From: Phycisphaerales bacterium
GTDB lineage: Bacteria; Planctomycetota; Phycisphaerae; Phycisphaerales; UBA1924
Reading direction: 5' to 3'
Assembly (NCBI GenBank): GCA_007124345.1
Contig: SLFH01000194.1
Span: 1-29,373, forward strand
Length of the DNA: 29,373 nt
Shown: positions 16,644 to 24,400 of the stretch, piece after piece
Position numbering within the stretch: position 1 is the first letter of the stretch
How the letters are laid out: each line of letters starts with the position of its first letter
The notes under the pieces: model-generated
What the model was told of the DNA's origin: nothing
Database searches by the model: none
Seen by the model: the letters and a program-made list of their open reading frames with translations, nothing else
Position numbers and translations under genes: made by a program

Positions 16644-17579
16644 TCACAGCAGCCCCAGCTTCTTCGCATCGCCCACCGGCTCGTCGAACGAGCACGAGCC
16701 GTAGCCCACCGCGAAGCCCTCCCTCGCCTTGACGACCTCGCCAGGGGTCAGGGCCAGGTCCTTGTACCGCACGCCCTCTTCGCTGAAGCGGAAGGCGGTG
16801 GGGTCGCGTTCCTCCAGGATCTTCTCGGTGGCATCGAGTTCGGACTTGCCCGAGCGGACGAATGCCGCGGCCATGAAAAGGTTCAGATACCCGTGCATCA
16901 GCGCCTTCGGCGAGTCCGTCTCGTAGGTCAGCGCGTGCTCGGCGCGGATCGGATGGTGCAGCCCCGCCGTCGCCTTAAAGCGCACGCCCCCGGCCCTTGC
17001 GGCATGCAGAAACCTCGCGATGTCCGAAGTGGGGGGGATCAGATCGGGCGTCACGCCCCCGCACCGGATCTTCGCCGCCGCCTCGTCGCCGGCCAGCGCC
17101 GCGACGAAGCCCCGGCAGTCGCCCGAGATCGGGAATTCGAAGTACGGGTGGATGTCCTCGGGGATCTCCTCGATCGCTCGGTCGATCTCATCGGGCGACG
17201 ACACCCGCATCTCGATCGAGTCGATCTGCGCCAGTCCGTTGTCTTCCTTGCTGTGGTGCTCGTTAAAGGCGACCACAGTGTCTAGGCAGGCGTCGAGGTC
17301 GCCGTCGACGATCGCGCTGATCCGCCATGGCTCGCTGTCGTCGGCCATCTCGCGGTAGCCGCTGGTCGCCCAGGTGCCCGGCAGCATGACCCGCGCATGC
17401 TCGACGAACTCGCCCAATCGGGTGACCGGGCAGATGAAGTGGGCCAGCACCCACGCGTGCTCGGAGCGGATGTGGCGGGCGAAGCGCTCGACGGCCTTCT
17501 CCATCGGCAGTTTCGAGGGAGGGAAGAGGCCCGCGTAATCGATCAGGCCGTCGAAGAAGGCCTTGTTCACTGGGTGCAT
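16644..17579 (-). CDS. Conserved hypothetical protein (GLIDYAGLFPP / FKATAGLHHP family), enzyme-like
   Basis: 311-aa ORF with strong codon bias and a GGAG SD, 13 nt after the purL stop. Motif-like blocks AKIRCGG, FKATAGLHHPIR, HGYLNLF, GSCSFDEP. Confidence 0.8.
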   Translation of the reverse strand: MHPVNKAFFDGLIDYAGLFPPSKLPMEKAVERFARHIRSEHAWVLAHFICPVTRLGEFVEHARVMLPGTWATSGYREMADDSEPWRISAIVDGDLDACLDTVVAFNEHHSKEDNGLAQIDSIEMRVSSPDEIDRAIEEIPEDIHPYFEFPISGDCRGFVAALAGDEAAAKIRCGGVTPDLIPPTSDIARFLHAARAGGVRFKATAGLHHPIRAEHALTYETDSPKALMHGYLNLFMAAAFVRSGKSELDATEKILEERDPTAFRFSEEGVRYKDLALTPGEVVKAREGFAVGYGSCSFDEPVGDAKKLGLL

Positions 17580-17592
17580 GCAATACTCCGTC

Positions 17593-20562
17593 TTACCAGT
17601 TCAGCGTCCCGCGCCACGCGTGGGTCAGTTCTTCAACATCCAGGTCCAGCCCCGCCTCGGCCCAGCCGAGACGCCCGCTCTCGTCGATCGCGCCGATATG
17701 GACCCACGGCGTCGATCCGAGCAGCTTCTCGATCTCGGGCAACCTTGCGGCGCACACCTCCAGCAGGTAACGCGAGGGCGACTCACAGAACGCCGCAGAG
17801 AGCCCCGCGCCGTCGTGCCCCGGAAGTTGCAGCTCCGCGCCGAGCGGTGCGCCCGGCTTGTGCCCGCCGATGAGCAGTTCGGCAACCGCCACGAGCAGCC
17901 CGCCGTCGGAAACATCGTGCGCGCTCTCGACCAGCCCGGCGCGGATCAGCGAGGCCACCGCCCTGGCGGTCCGAGGCCCCGCCTCCAGATCCACACGGGG
18001 CGTCGCCGGATCGTCCCGCTCGGTCAGCCCGAAGAGCGCCTGGTAGCGAGAGCCGCCCATCGCAGTCGGCGGCGTTTCGCTCTGACCGACCACGATCAGC
18101 GTGTTGCCCGGACGCTTGGCGTCCGATGTCACGCACCGGTCAAGATCGGGCACCACCCCGATGCCCGTGATCAGCAGAGTGGGGGGGATCTCGATCGTTC
18201 GCCCGTCCTCGGTCGTGAACTGGTTGTTCAGCGAGTCCTTGCCCGACACGAACGGCGTCCGGTACGCCTTCGCCCCGTCGTAGCAGCCCTCGGCCGCACG
18301 CACCAGCGAACCCAGGTTCTCCGGCTTCTTGCAGCTCGGCCAGCAGAAGTTGTCGAGGATGGCGATGCGGTCGGGGTCGGCGCCGACGCAAACAAGGTTC
18401 CGCACGCACTCGTCGATCGCGCCCAGCGCCATCTGGTACGGATCGCCCCCGAGACGCGGGTCGCCCACGCCGGTCTGGACGCCGCAACCGATCGCAAGCC
18501 CGCGCCCCGTGCCCGGGTTGGGTTCGATGACGCTGGAGTCGGCGGGCCCGATGGCGCGTGCGCCCATCAGCGGCTTGATGACCGTGTTGCCCTGCACATC
18601 GTGGTCGTACTGGCGGATGATGAAGTGCTTGCTTGCGATGTCGGGGTGGGCGAGCAGTTGCAGGAGCGCGCCGTTGACATCGGGGTCGCTCTCCGCGTCC
18701 GCCTTCGGCGTCGGCGATGGAGACCAACTCGCACTCCGCGTCGGCGTCGGCAGCCCCTCGTGGAGAAACTCCATCGACAGACGCCCGACCTCTTCGCCTT
18801 GGAAGCTCAGCACAAGCTCCCCGTCCGGCGTCCCGAACTCGCCCAGCACCGCCAGCTCGACATGCTCCTCGTCGCAGATCTCGCGCAGGCGGTCGAGGTT
18901 CGAGGCGGGCACCGCCAGCACCATCCGCTCCTGCGCCTCGCTGATCCAGATTTCGGTGTAGGTCAGCCCGCCGTACTTGAGCGGCGCCGAGTCGAGCGTC
19001 ACGCTCGCCCCGATCTTCTCGCCCATCTCGCCGACCGCAGAGGAGAAGCCGCCGGCGCCGCAGTCTGTAATCGCCGAAAACAGCGGCCCGCCCGCCTCAT
19101 CCCGCGCACGCAGGATCGCGTCCAGCACACGCTTCTCTTCGATCGCGTTGCCGATCTGCACGGCATGCGCAAACTCGTCCGCGTGCGTGTCGGTCAGCTC
19201 CGCAGATGAAAAAGTCGCGCCGTGGATCCCGTCCCGCCCCGTCCGCCCGCCGAGGGCGACGATCAGATCCCCCGGCTTGGCGTGCCCCTCGATGAGGTCG
19301 GTCGGCAGAACCCCGACACAACCGCAGAAGACCAGCGGGTTGCCGATGTACCGGTTGTCGAACAGCACCGCGCCGTTGACGGTCGGGATGCCCATGCGGT
19401 TGCCGTAGTCGCGCACGCCGGCGACGACCTCGGTCAGCACGCGTCGCGGGGGGATGCAGCCCGCGGGGATGTCCGCGCTGTCGGGGTGGGCGACGCAGAA
19501 GACATCGGTGCTCGCGATCGGGCGTGCGGCAAGCCCGGTCCCGATGATGTCGCGGATGCACCCGCCGATCCCGGTCGCGGCGCCGCCGTAGGGCTCCAGC
19601 GCCGAGGGATGGTTGTGCGTCTCGACCTTCACGCACACCGCCGTCTCGTCGTCGAAGCGGATGATGCCGGCGTTGTCGACGAAGACCGAGAGCGTCCAGT
19701 CGATCCCCTCAGCGATCAGCTCGTGCGTCGCCGCGGCCACCGTCGACTTGAGCAGGTTGCGGACGGTGATCTCCGTCGCGCCGGACTTCTCGTGGCCCGG
19801 GCGCGCCGACCAGTCGATCGCGTCGCCCTCGAGCGGGCCGGTGTAGCTGATCGTGCTCTTGAGCGTCTTGTGGACGCAGTGCTCCGACCAGGTCTGGGCG
19901 AGCGTCTCCAGCTCGATGTCCGTCGGCTCACGACCCTGCGCCGCGTAGTGCTCCCGGATCGTCCGCATCTCGGCCAAATCGAGAAACAGGTGCCCCTCGC
20001 GGCTGAGCTTCTCCAGCCCCGCGTCGTCCAGATCGCGGATCGGCACCCGCATCACGCGGAACTCGGCGGGCGTCCCGCTGGGCAGCGACTCGGGGTGGAA
20101 GGGTTCGGCGTGGATGGCGTTGATGACCGGGTTGGCCACCAGCCTGCGGGCCAGATCCTCCGCCTCCGAAGCGTCGACCCCTTCAAGGTCGTACCGCCAA
20201 CCGGTCGAGACGCGGACCTCCGCCCCCGCCAGCGCGAGCACCGCGTCGCGGACCGACTGGGCCGTGGGGTCCATCACGCCCGGCAGAGGGTGGACCTCGA
20301 CCGTCGCCGAGCCCGGCGCCGGCTCGCTCGCCCCCAGCTCGGAAACCTCGACGACCGGGTCGGTCAGCAGGCGGGTCCGGATCGTCTCGATCTGTTCTTC
20401 CGACAGGTCGCCCTCGATCAGGTACACCCTCGCCGCCCGGGCCGCCGTCAGGCGCACGCCGATCTCCCAGGCGCGACGGACGAGATCGTCCCCCCGCGGA
20501 TCGCCCGCGCCGGGCATGGGGCGGACCTCGAACCTCACTACAAGCGTCGCGGCTGTCGTCAT
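17593..20562 (-). CDS. purL: Phosphoribosylformylglycinamidine synthase subunit PurL with two fused N-terminal PurS-like domains and no glutaminase domain
   Basis: Motifs [61 protein letters not shown] equivalent (SEAQERM), [28 protein letters not shown]. True start is ATG 20562; the upstream 945 codons of the track ORF are a shadow. Confidence 0.93.
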   Translation of the reverse strand: MTTAATLVVRFEVRPMPGAGDPRGDDLVRRAWEIGVRLTAARAARVYLIEGDLSEEQIETIRTRLLTDPVVEVSELGASEPAPGSATVEVHPLPGVMDPTAQSVRDAVLALAGAEVRVSTGWRYDLEGVDASEAEDLARRLVANPVINAIHAEPFHPESLPSGTPAEFRVMRVPIRDLDDAGLEKLSREGHLFLDLAEMRTIREHYAAQGREPTDIELETLAQTWSEHCVHKTLKSTISYTGPLEGDAIDWSARPGHEKSGATEITVRNLLKSTVAAATHELIAEGIDWTLSVFVDNAGIIRFDDETAVCVKVETHNHPSALEPYGGAATGIGGCIRDIIGTGLAARPIASTDVFCVAHPDSADIPAGCIPPRRVLTEVVAGVRDYGNRMGIPTVNGAVLFDNRYIGNPLVFCGCVGVLPTDLIEGHAKPGDLIVALGGRTGRDGIHGATFSSAELTDTHADEFAHAVQIGNAIEEKRVLDAILRARDEAGGPLFSAITDCGAGGFSSAVGEMGEKIGASVTLDSAPLKYGGLTYTEIWISEAQERMVLAVPASNLDRLREICDEEHVELAVLGEFGTPDGELVLSFQGEEVGRLSMEFLHEGLPTPTRSASWSPSPTPKADAESDPDVNGALLQLLAHPDIASKHFIIRQYDHDVQGNTVIKPLMGARAIGPADSSVIEPNPGTGRGLAIGCGVQTGVGDPRLGGDPYQMALGAIDECVRNLVCVGADPDRIAILDNFCWPSCKKPENLGSLVRAAEGCYDGAKAYRTPFVSGKDSLNNQFTTEDGRTIEIPPTLLITGIGVVPDLDRCVTSDAKRPGNTLIVVGQSETPPTAMGGSRYQALFGLTERDDPATPRVDLEAGPRTARAVASLIRAGLVESAHDVSDGGLLVAVAELLIGGHKPGAPLGAELQLPGHDGAGLSAAFCESPSRYLLEVCAARLPEIEKLLGSTPWVHIGAIDESGRLGWAEAGLDLDVEELTHAWRGTLNW

Positions 20563-20643
20563 GGCCCGATCGTACCTCCGCTCTCTGCCAGAGACCGACC
20601 CGGGCGCCGAGACCGACACCCTCCGGGCGGTACGATCGCCCCC
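20563..20643. promoter_or_regulatory. Putative bidirectional promoter for purL and rnhA
   Basis: Perfect 10-bp inverted repeat GGTACGATCG (20567-20576 and 20629-20638). It places TACGAT (a TANNNT -10 match) 6 nt before the purL ATG and 7 nt before the rnhA ATG. A central direct repeat GAGACCGAC lies at 20591-20599 and 20609-20617. Confidence 0.55.
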
Positions 20644-21144
20644 ATGCCCGCCCCGACGCCCTCCAGCCCCGAGCCCTCGCCCAGCGACCAGAGCCCCCGC
20701 ACGACCGTCGAGCTCTACACCGACGGCGCCTGCTCGGGCAACCCCGGCCCGGGGGGGTGGGCCTACATCCTCAAGCACCCCTCGACCGGCAAGGAGATCG
20801 AGGGTGCCGGGGGCGAGAGCCGCACCACCAACAACCGCATGGAGCTGCTGGCGGTCATCAACGGGCTCGAACGTCTCAACCGGCCCTCGAAGGTCGAGCT
20901 CTACTCCGACTCGCAGTATGTCCTCAAAGGGCTGAAGGAGTGGCTCGCCGGCTGGAAGGCCAAGGGCTGGAAGACCGCCGCCAAGAAGCCCGTCAAGAAC
21001 GAGGACCTCTGGCGCCGCCTCGACGAGCTCTCCCAGCTCCACGACCTGGTCTTCCACTGGGTCCGGGGGCACGCCGGCCATCCCGAGAACGAGCGAGCCG
21101 ACGAGCTCGCCGTCGCCGCCCGTGACGCCGCGGCCGGTCGATAG
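20644..21144 (+). CDS. rnhA: Ribonuclease HI
   Basis: Motifs [61 protein letters not shown]; all catalytic acidic residues are present. Confidence 0.96.
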   Translation: MPAPTPSSPEPSPSDQSPRTTVELYTDGACSGNPGPGGWAYILKHPSTGKEIEGAGGESRTTNNRMELLAVINGLERLNRPSKVELYSDSQYVLKGLKEWLAGWKAKGWKTAAKKPVKNEDLWRRLDELSQLHDLVFHWVRGHAGHPENERADELAVAARDAAAGR

Positions 21145-21336
21145 CCCCTCCCGCACGCCCGTTCTGGACGCCACAGAGTTCCCGGACGCGCCGGGTTGTA
21201 GGGGTTGCGCGGGCGCGTCGGCGCAGACGGCGTGTTCCGCCCGGTTTGCCGCAGCGCCCCCGTCAACCCGGGGCGGGCAAGCGTCGATGCTGTCTCCCGA
21301 AGCCGCCCTGTCCGGGCCGGCCACCACGGAGGCGCC

Positions 21337-22398
21337 ATGGCGATCGATCTGCAAGACATTCTCCACGCCGCGTTCGACGCGGACGCGTCCGATGTGCACC
21401 TCATCGCTGGCCACCCGCCCTTCATGCGGGTCCACCAGGTGATGACGCCGATGGACTTCGACGAACTCACGCCCGACGACGCGGCGTCGATGCTCGAGCA
21501 GATGGCGCCCCCAGAGGCCCAGGACATCTTCCACAAGAACAAGGACGCGGACTTCTCCTACGAGATCCCCGATCTCGCCCGCTACCGCGTCAACGCCCAC
21601 ATGCAGAAGGGCGCCATCGGCATGGCGCTCAGAATGATCAAGACCAAGGTCCCGCCCCTGGCGGCCCTCAACCTTCCCGAGGTCATCGCACGCCTCACCT
21701 ACCTTCCCCGAGGACTCGTACTCGTCACCGGCGACACCGGCTCGGGTAAGTCCACAACGCTGGCGGCCATGATCCAGGCCATGAACCAGCGCTACAGCAA
21801 GCACATCATCACCCTCGAAGACCCCGTCGAGTACAAGTTCGAATCCGAGCAGTGCCTCATCGAGCAGCGCGAGCTCGGGCAGGACATGCCCACCTTTTCC
21901 AGCGGCCTCAAGCACGCCCTGCGACAGGACCCCGACATCATCCTCGTCGGCGAAATGCGAGACCTCGAGACCACCGCTCTTGCGATCTCCGCCGCCGAGA
22001 CCGGCCACCTCGTCCTCTCCACGCTCCACACCGTCAACGCCTCGCAGACGGTCGAGCGAATCATCGACATGTACCCGGCCACCCAGCAGAACCAGATCCG
22101 CGCGATGCTCTCGGGCACGCTCCAGGCGGTCGTCTCCCAGACCCTGTTCGCACGACAGGACCGCCCGGGCATGGTCCCCGCCGTCGAGACGCTCCTCTGC
22201 ACCTCCGCCGTGCGAAACCTCATCCGCGAGGGACGCACCTACGAGATCCCCAATGTCATCGAGACCAACAGGGCGATCGGCATGTGCAGCCTGGACACCT
22301 CCATCGCGGAGCTGTACTTCAACGGCATGATCAGCAAGGAAGACGCCATCGCCCAGGCCGTCTACCCCGACAAGCTCGACAAGCAACTGGCGGCCTGA
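21337..22398 (+). CDS. pilT: PilT-type type IV pilus retraction ATPase
   Basis: Walker A GDTGSGKST, Asp box EDPVEY, Walker B IILVGEMRD, His box STLHT, AVRNLIRE (the PilT AIRNLIRE motif); GGAGG SD before ATG 21337. Confidence 0.9.
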   Translation: MAIDLQDILHAAFDADASDVHLIAGHPPFMRVHQVMTPMDFDELTPDDAASMLEQMAPPEAQDIFHKNKDADFSYEIPDLARYRVNAHMQKGAIGMALRMIKTKVPPLAALNLPEVIARLTYLPRGLVLVTGDTGSGKSTTLAAMIQAMNQRYSKHIITLEDPVEYKFESEQCLIEQRELGQDMPTFSSGLKHALRQDPDIILVGEMRDLETTALAISAAETGHLVLSTLHTVNASQTVERIIDMYPATQQNQIRAMLSGTLQAVVSQTLFARQDRPGMVPAVETLLCTSAVRNLIREGRTYEIPNVIETNRAIGMCSLDTSIAELYFNGMISKEDAIAQAVYPDKLDKQLAA

Positions 22399-22407
22399 GT
22401 GCCCGCC

Positions 22408-22429
22408 GGCCCGGGGGCTGTGCCGGGCC
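22408..22429 (+). other. Intercistronic GC hairpin between pilT and pilC
   Basis: GGCCCGG-N8-CCGGGCC, a 7-bp stem with no U-tract. Confidence 0.3.
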
Positions 22430-22452
22430 AAGCGTGAGGAAGCGGAGCAACG

Positions 22453-23679
22453 ATGCCGAACTATCGCTACCAGGTCCGTTCCGCCGAAGGCGTTGTCCGC
22501 GGGGGCATCGTCGCGGCCGACAGCGCCGCGACAGCCGCCGCGATCCTCCGCAACCAGGGCGCTCATGTCATGAGCGTCGCCCCGGTCGGGGAGAACAGCT
22601 CGGGCTCGGCGATCATCGAGCTGATCAAGCGCGCCAACGCCGCCAAGCCGACCCAGAAGCACGTCCTCGACTTCACCACGCAGCTCGCGGTCATGGTGCG
22701 CGCGGGCATCAACCTCCGCGCCGCCCTCGACGGCATCGCCGATCAGACCACCCACGCGACCTTCAAGAAGATCATCTTGGGCGTTAAGGAGGATGTCGAG
22801 AGCGGCAAGCAGTTCTCCGAGGCCCTTGCCAAGCATCCCAAGCTCTTCGGCCCGCTCTACATCAACATGGTCCGCGCGTCGGAGATGTCCGGCTCCTTCG
22901 CCGACATGCTCGATCGAATCGCCGCCTATATCGCCCAGCAGATCGAGACCCGCAAGATGGTCGTCGGCGCTTCGATCTACCCGGCCGTCATCGGCGTGCT
23001 CGCCGTGGGCGTCACCATCTTCCTGCTCACCTTCGTGCTGCCCAAGTTCTACCAGGTCTTCGAGGGCAAGGAAGACATCCTGCCCTGGACGACCACCTTC
23101 CTCATGAACCTCTCCAAGGTTCTGGTCGCCCAGTGGCAGTTGATCGTCGGCGGCGCGTTCGGCGTCTTCGTGCTGCTCTTTCTCGCCCTGAAGACCGAGG
23201 TCGGCGGCTACTGGGCCGACCGCCTGAAGCTCACCATCCCCGTCGTGAAGAACATGTTCCGCTCGCTCTACATCAGCCGCTCGCTCCAGACCATGGGCCA
23301 GCTCATCAACGCGGGCGTGCCCATGCTCGACACGCTGGTGATCACCGGCGAGATCTCGGGCAACCGCCTCTTTAAGTCCATGTGGGTCCGCGTCCACGCC
23401 AATGTGAAGCAGGGCAAGAAGATCGCCCAGCCTCTCCTCAAGGACACCCTCCTCCCCAAGGCCGTCTGCCAGATGATCTCCGCGGGCGAGGAGTCCGGCA
23501 AGCTCGGAGAGGTGCTCGACCAGATCAGCGTCTACTACGCCAAGCAGCTCAAGGAAAACATCAAGGCCGCCACCGGGCTTATCGAACCCATCATGATCAT
23601 TGTGATGGGATCAATCGTCGGCTTCATCGCCATGGCGATCATCCTCCCCATCTTCAAGATGAGCCAGATCGTCAGCTGA
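22453..23679 (+). CDS. pilC: Type IV pilus/T2SS inner-membrane platform protein (PilC/GspF family)
   Basis: FTTQLAVMVRAGINL, VESGKQFSEALAKHP.LF..LYINMVRASEMSG, MISAGEESGKL, LIEPIMII..G..VGFI..AIILPIF. Confidence 0.92.
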   Translation: MPNYRYQVRSAEGVVRGGIVAADSAATAAAILRNQGAHVMSVAPVGENSSGSAIIELIKRANAAKPTQKHVLDFTTQLAVMVRAGINLRAALDGIADQTTHATFKKIILGVKEDVESGKQFSEALAKHPKLFGPLYINMVRASEMSGSFADMLDRIAAYIAQQIETRKMVVGASIYPAVIGVLAVGVTIFLLTFVLPKFYQVFEGKEDILPWTTTFLMNLSKVLVAQWQLIVGGAFGVFVLLFLALKTEVGGYWADRLKLTIPVVKNMFRSLYISRSLQTMGQLINAGVPMLDTLVITGEISGNRLFKSMWVRVHANVKQGKKIAQPLLKDTLLPKAVCQMISAGEESGKLGEVLDQISVYYAKQLKENIKAATGLIEPIMIIVMGSIVGFIAMAIILPIFKMSQIVS

Positions 23680-23711
23680 ATCGCATCCTTAAGGGTGTCA
23701 GGAGGTCCGAC

Positions 23712-24377
23712 ATGCACCCCGCCAGCCAACGAGCAAGGCGACGGCGCAGGAACCGGCCTCGGGGATTCACCCTCCTCGAGACCGCCCTCGCGGTCATCAT
23801 CATCGGAGTCGGTGTCGTCGCCGTCGTCGACGCGCAGCAGTCCTTCATGATGGCCAACCGCTGGTCCAGCCACGCCGCAACCGCCACCTACCTCGCCAAC
23901 GAGGTCCGCGAACTCACAAGGCCGCTCCGACGCCACGACCCCGTCACGGGACTCGAGATCGTCGGCTCCGCCCTCGTCGGCTGGGGACCCGAGCCCGGAG
24001 AGGTCACCGTCGGGGACTTCAACGACATCGACGACTTCGCCGGCATCCGCTTCGGCGACGGCGGCGACATGCCCGGACCCATCAACGGCTTCGGCGAGGT
24101 CATCTTCGAGATCGACCCCGACGGAAATGTCGTCCGCGACAACGACAGCAACCCCGTCCCCATGAGGGGCTGGTCGCAGCTCGTCCTCGTCGACAAGGTC
24201 CACCCCTTCGACACATCCCTCTCCCTCGCCCCGAACTACTTCGAGCCCGCCTCGGGAACCAGCCCGGGCAGGGCGGTCGACGAGTTCCCCCTCCGCGTCA
24301 CCGTCGTCGTCTCCTACCGCGAGCCCGGCGCCGCGCAGGCCGAGGAAATCGTCCGAGTCAGCTGGATCGTCCCGTGA
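23712..24377 (+). CDS. Prepilin / minor pilin (PilV/GspI-like)
   Basis: AGGAGG SD; Arg-rich leader, class III signal RG|FTLLE with E5, then a hydrophobic helix. Confidence 0.85.
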   Translation: MHPASQRARRRRRNRPRGFTLLETALAVIIIGVGVVAVVDAQQSFMMANRWSSHAATATYLANEVRELTRPLRRHDPVTGLEIVGSALVGWGPEPGEVTVGDFNDIDDFAGIRFGDGGDMPGPINGFGEVIFEIDPDGNVVRDNDSNPVPMRGWSQLVLVDKVHPFDTSLSLAPNYFEPASGTSPGRAVDEFPLRVTVVVSYREPGAAQAEEIVRVSWIVP

Positions 24378-24400
24378 GAAACCAAGGAGCGGAGCACGCC

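Noticed and set aside
19222-20643. 640-aa ORF suggesting a long N-terminal extension on RNase HI
   Set aside because: The extension is antisense to purL with Arg/Gly/Pro-rich shadow composition; RNase H homology begins only after ATG 20644.
21272-21282. GGCGGGCAAGC matching the REP core (also near 28902-28912)
   Set aside because: Only 11 nt, no flanking palindrome or GTAG end, and one copy lies inside a CDS; compatible with chance.
17593-23397. 1934-aa minus-strand ORF, which looks like a giant PurL fusion
   Set aside because: purL (codon 20560-20562), rnhA (20644), pilT (21337) and pilC (22453) all share one codon register. The antisense frame is stop-free because TTA, CTA and TCA codons are rare at high GC. 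The upstream 945 codons are a shadow.
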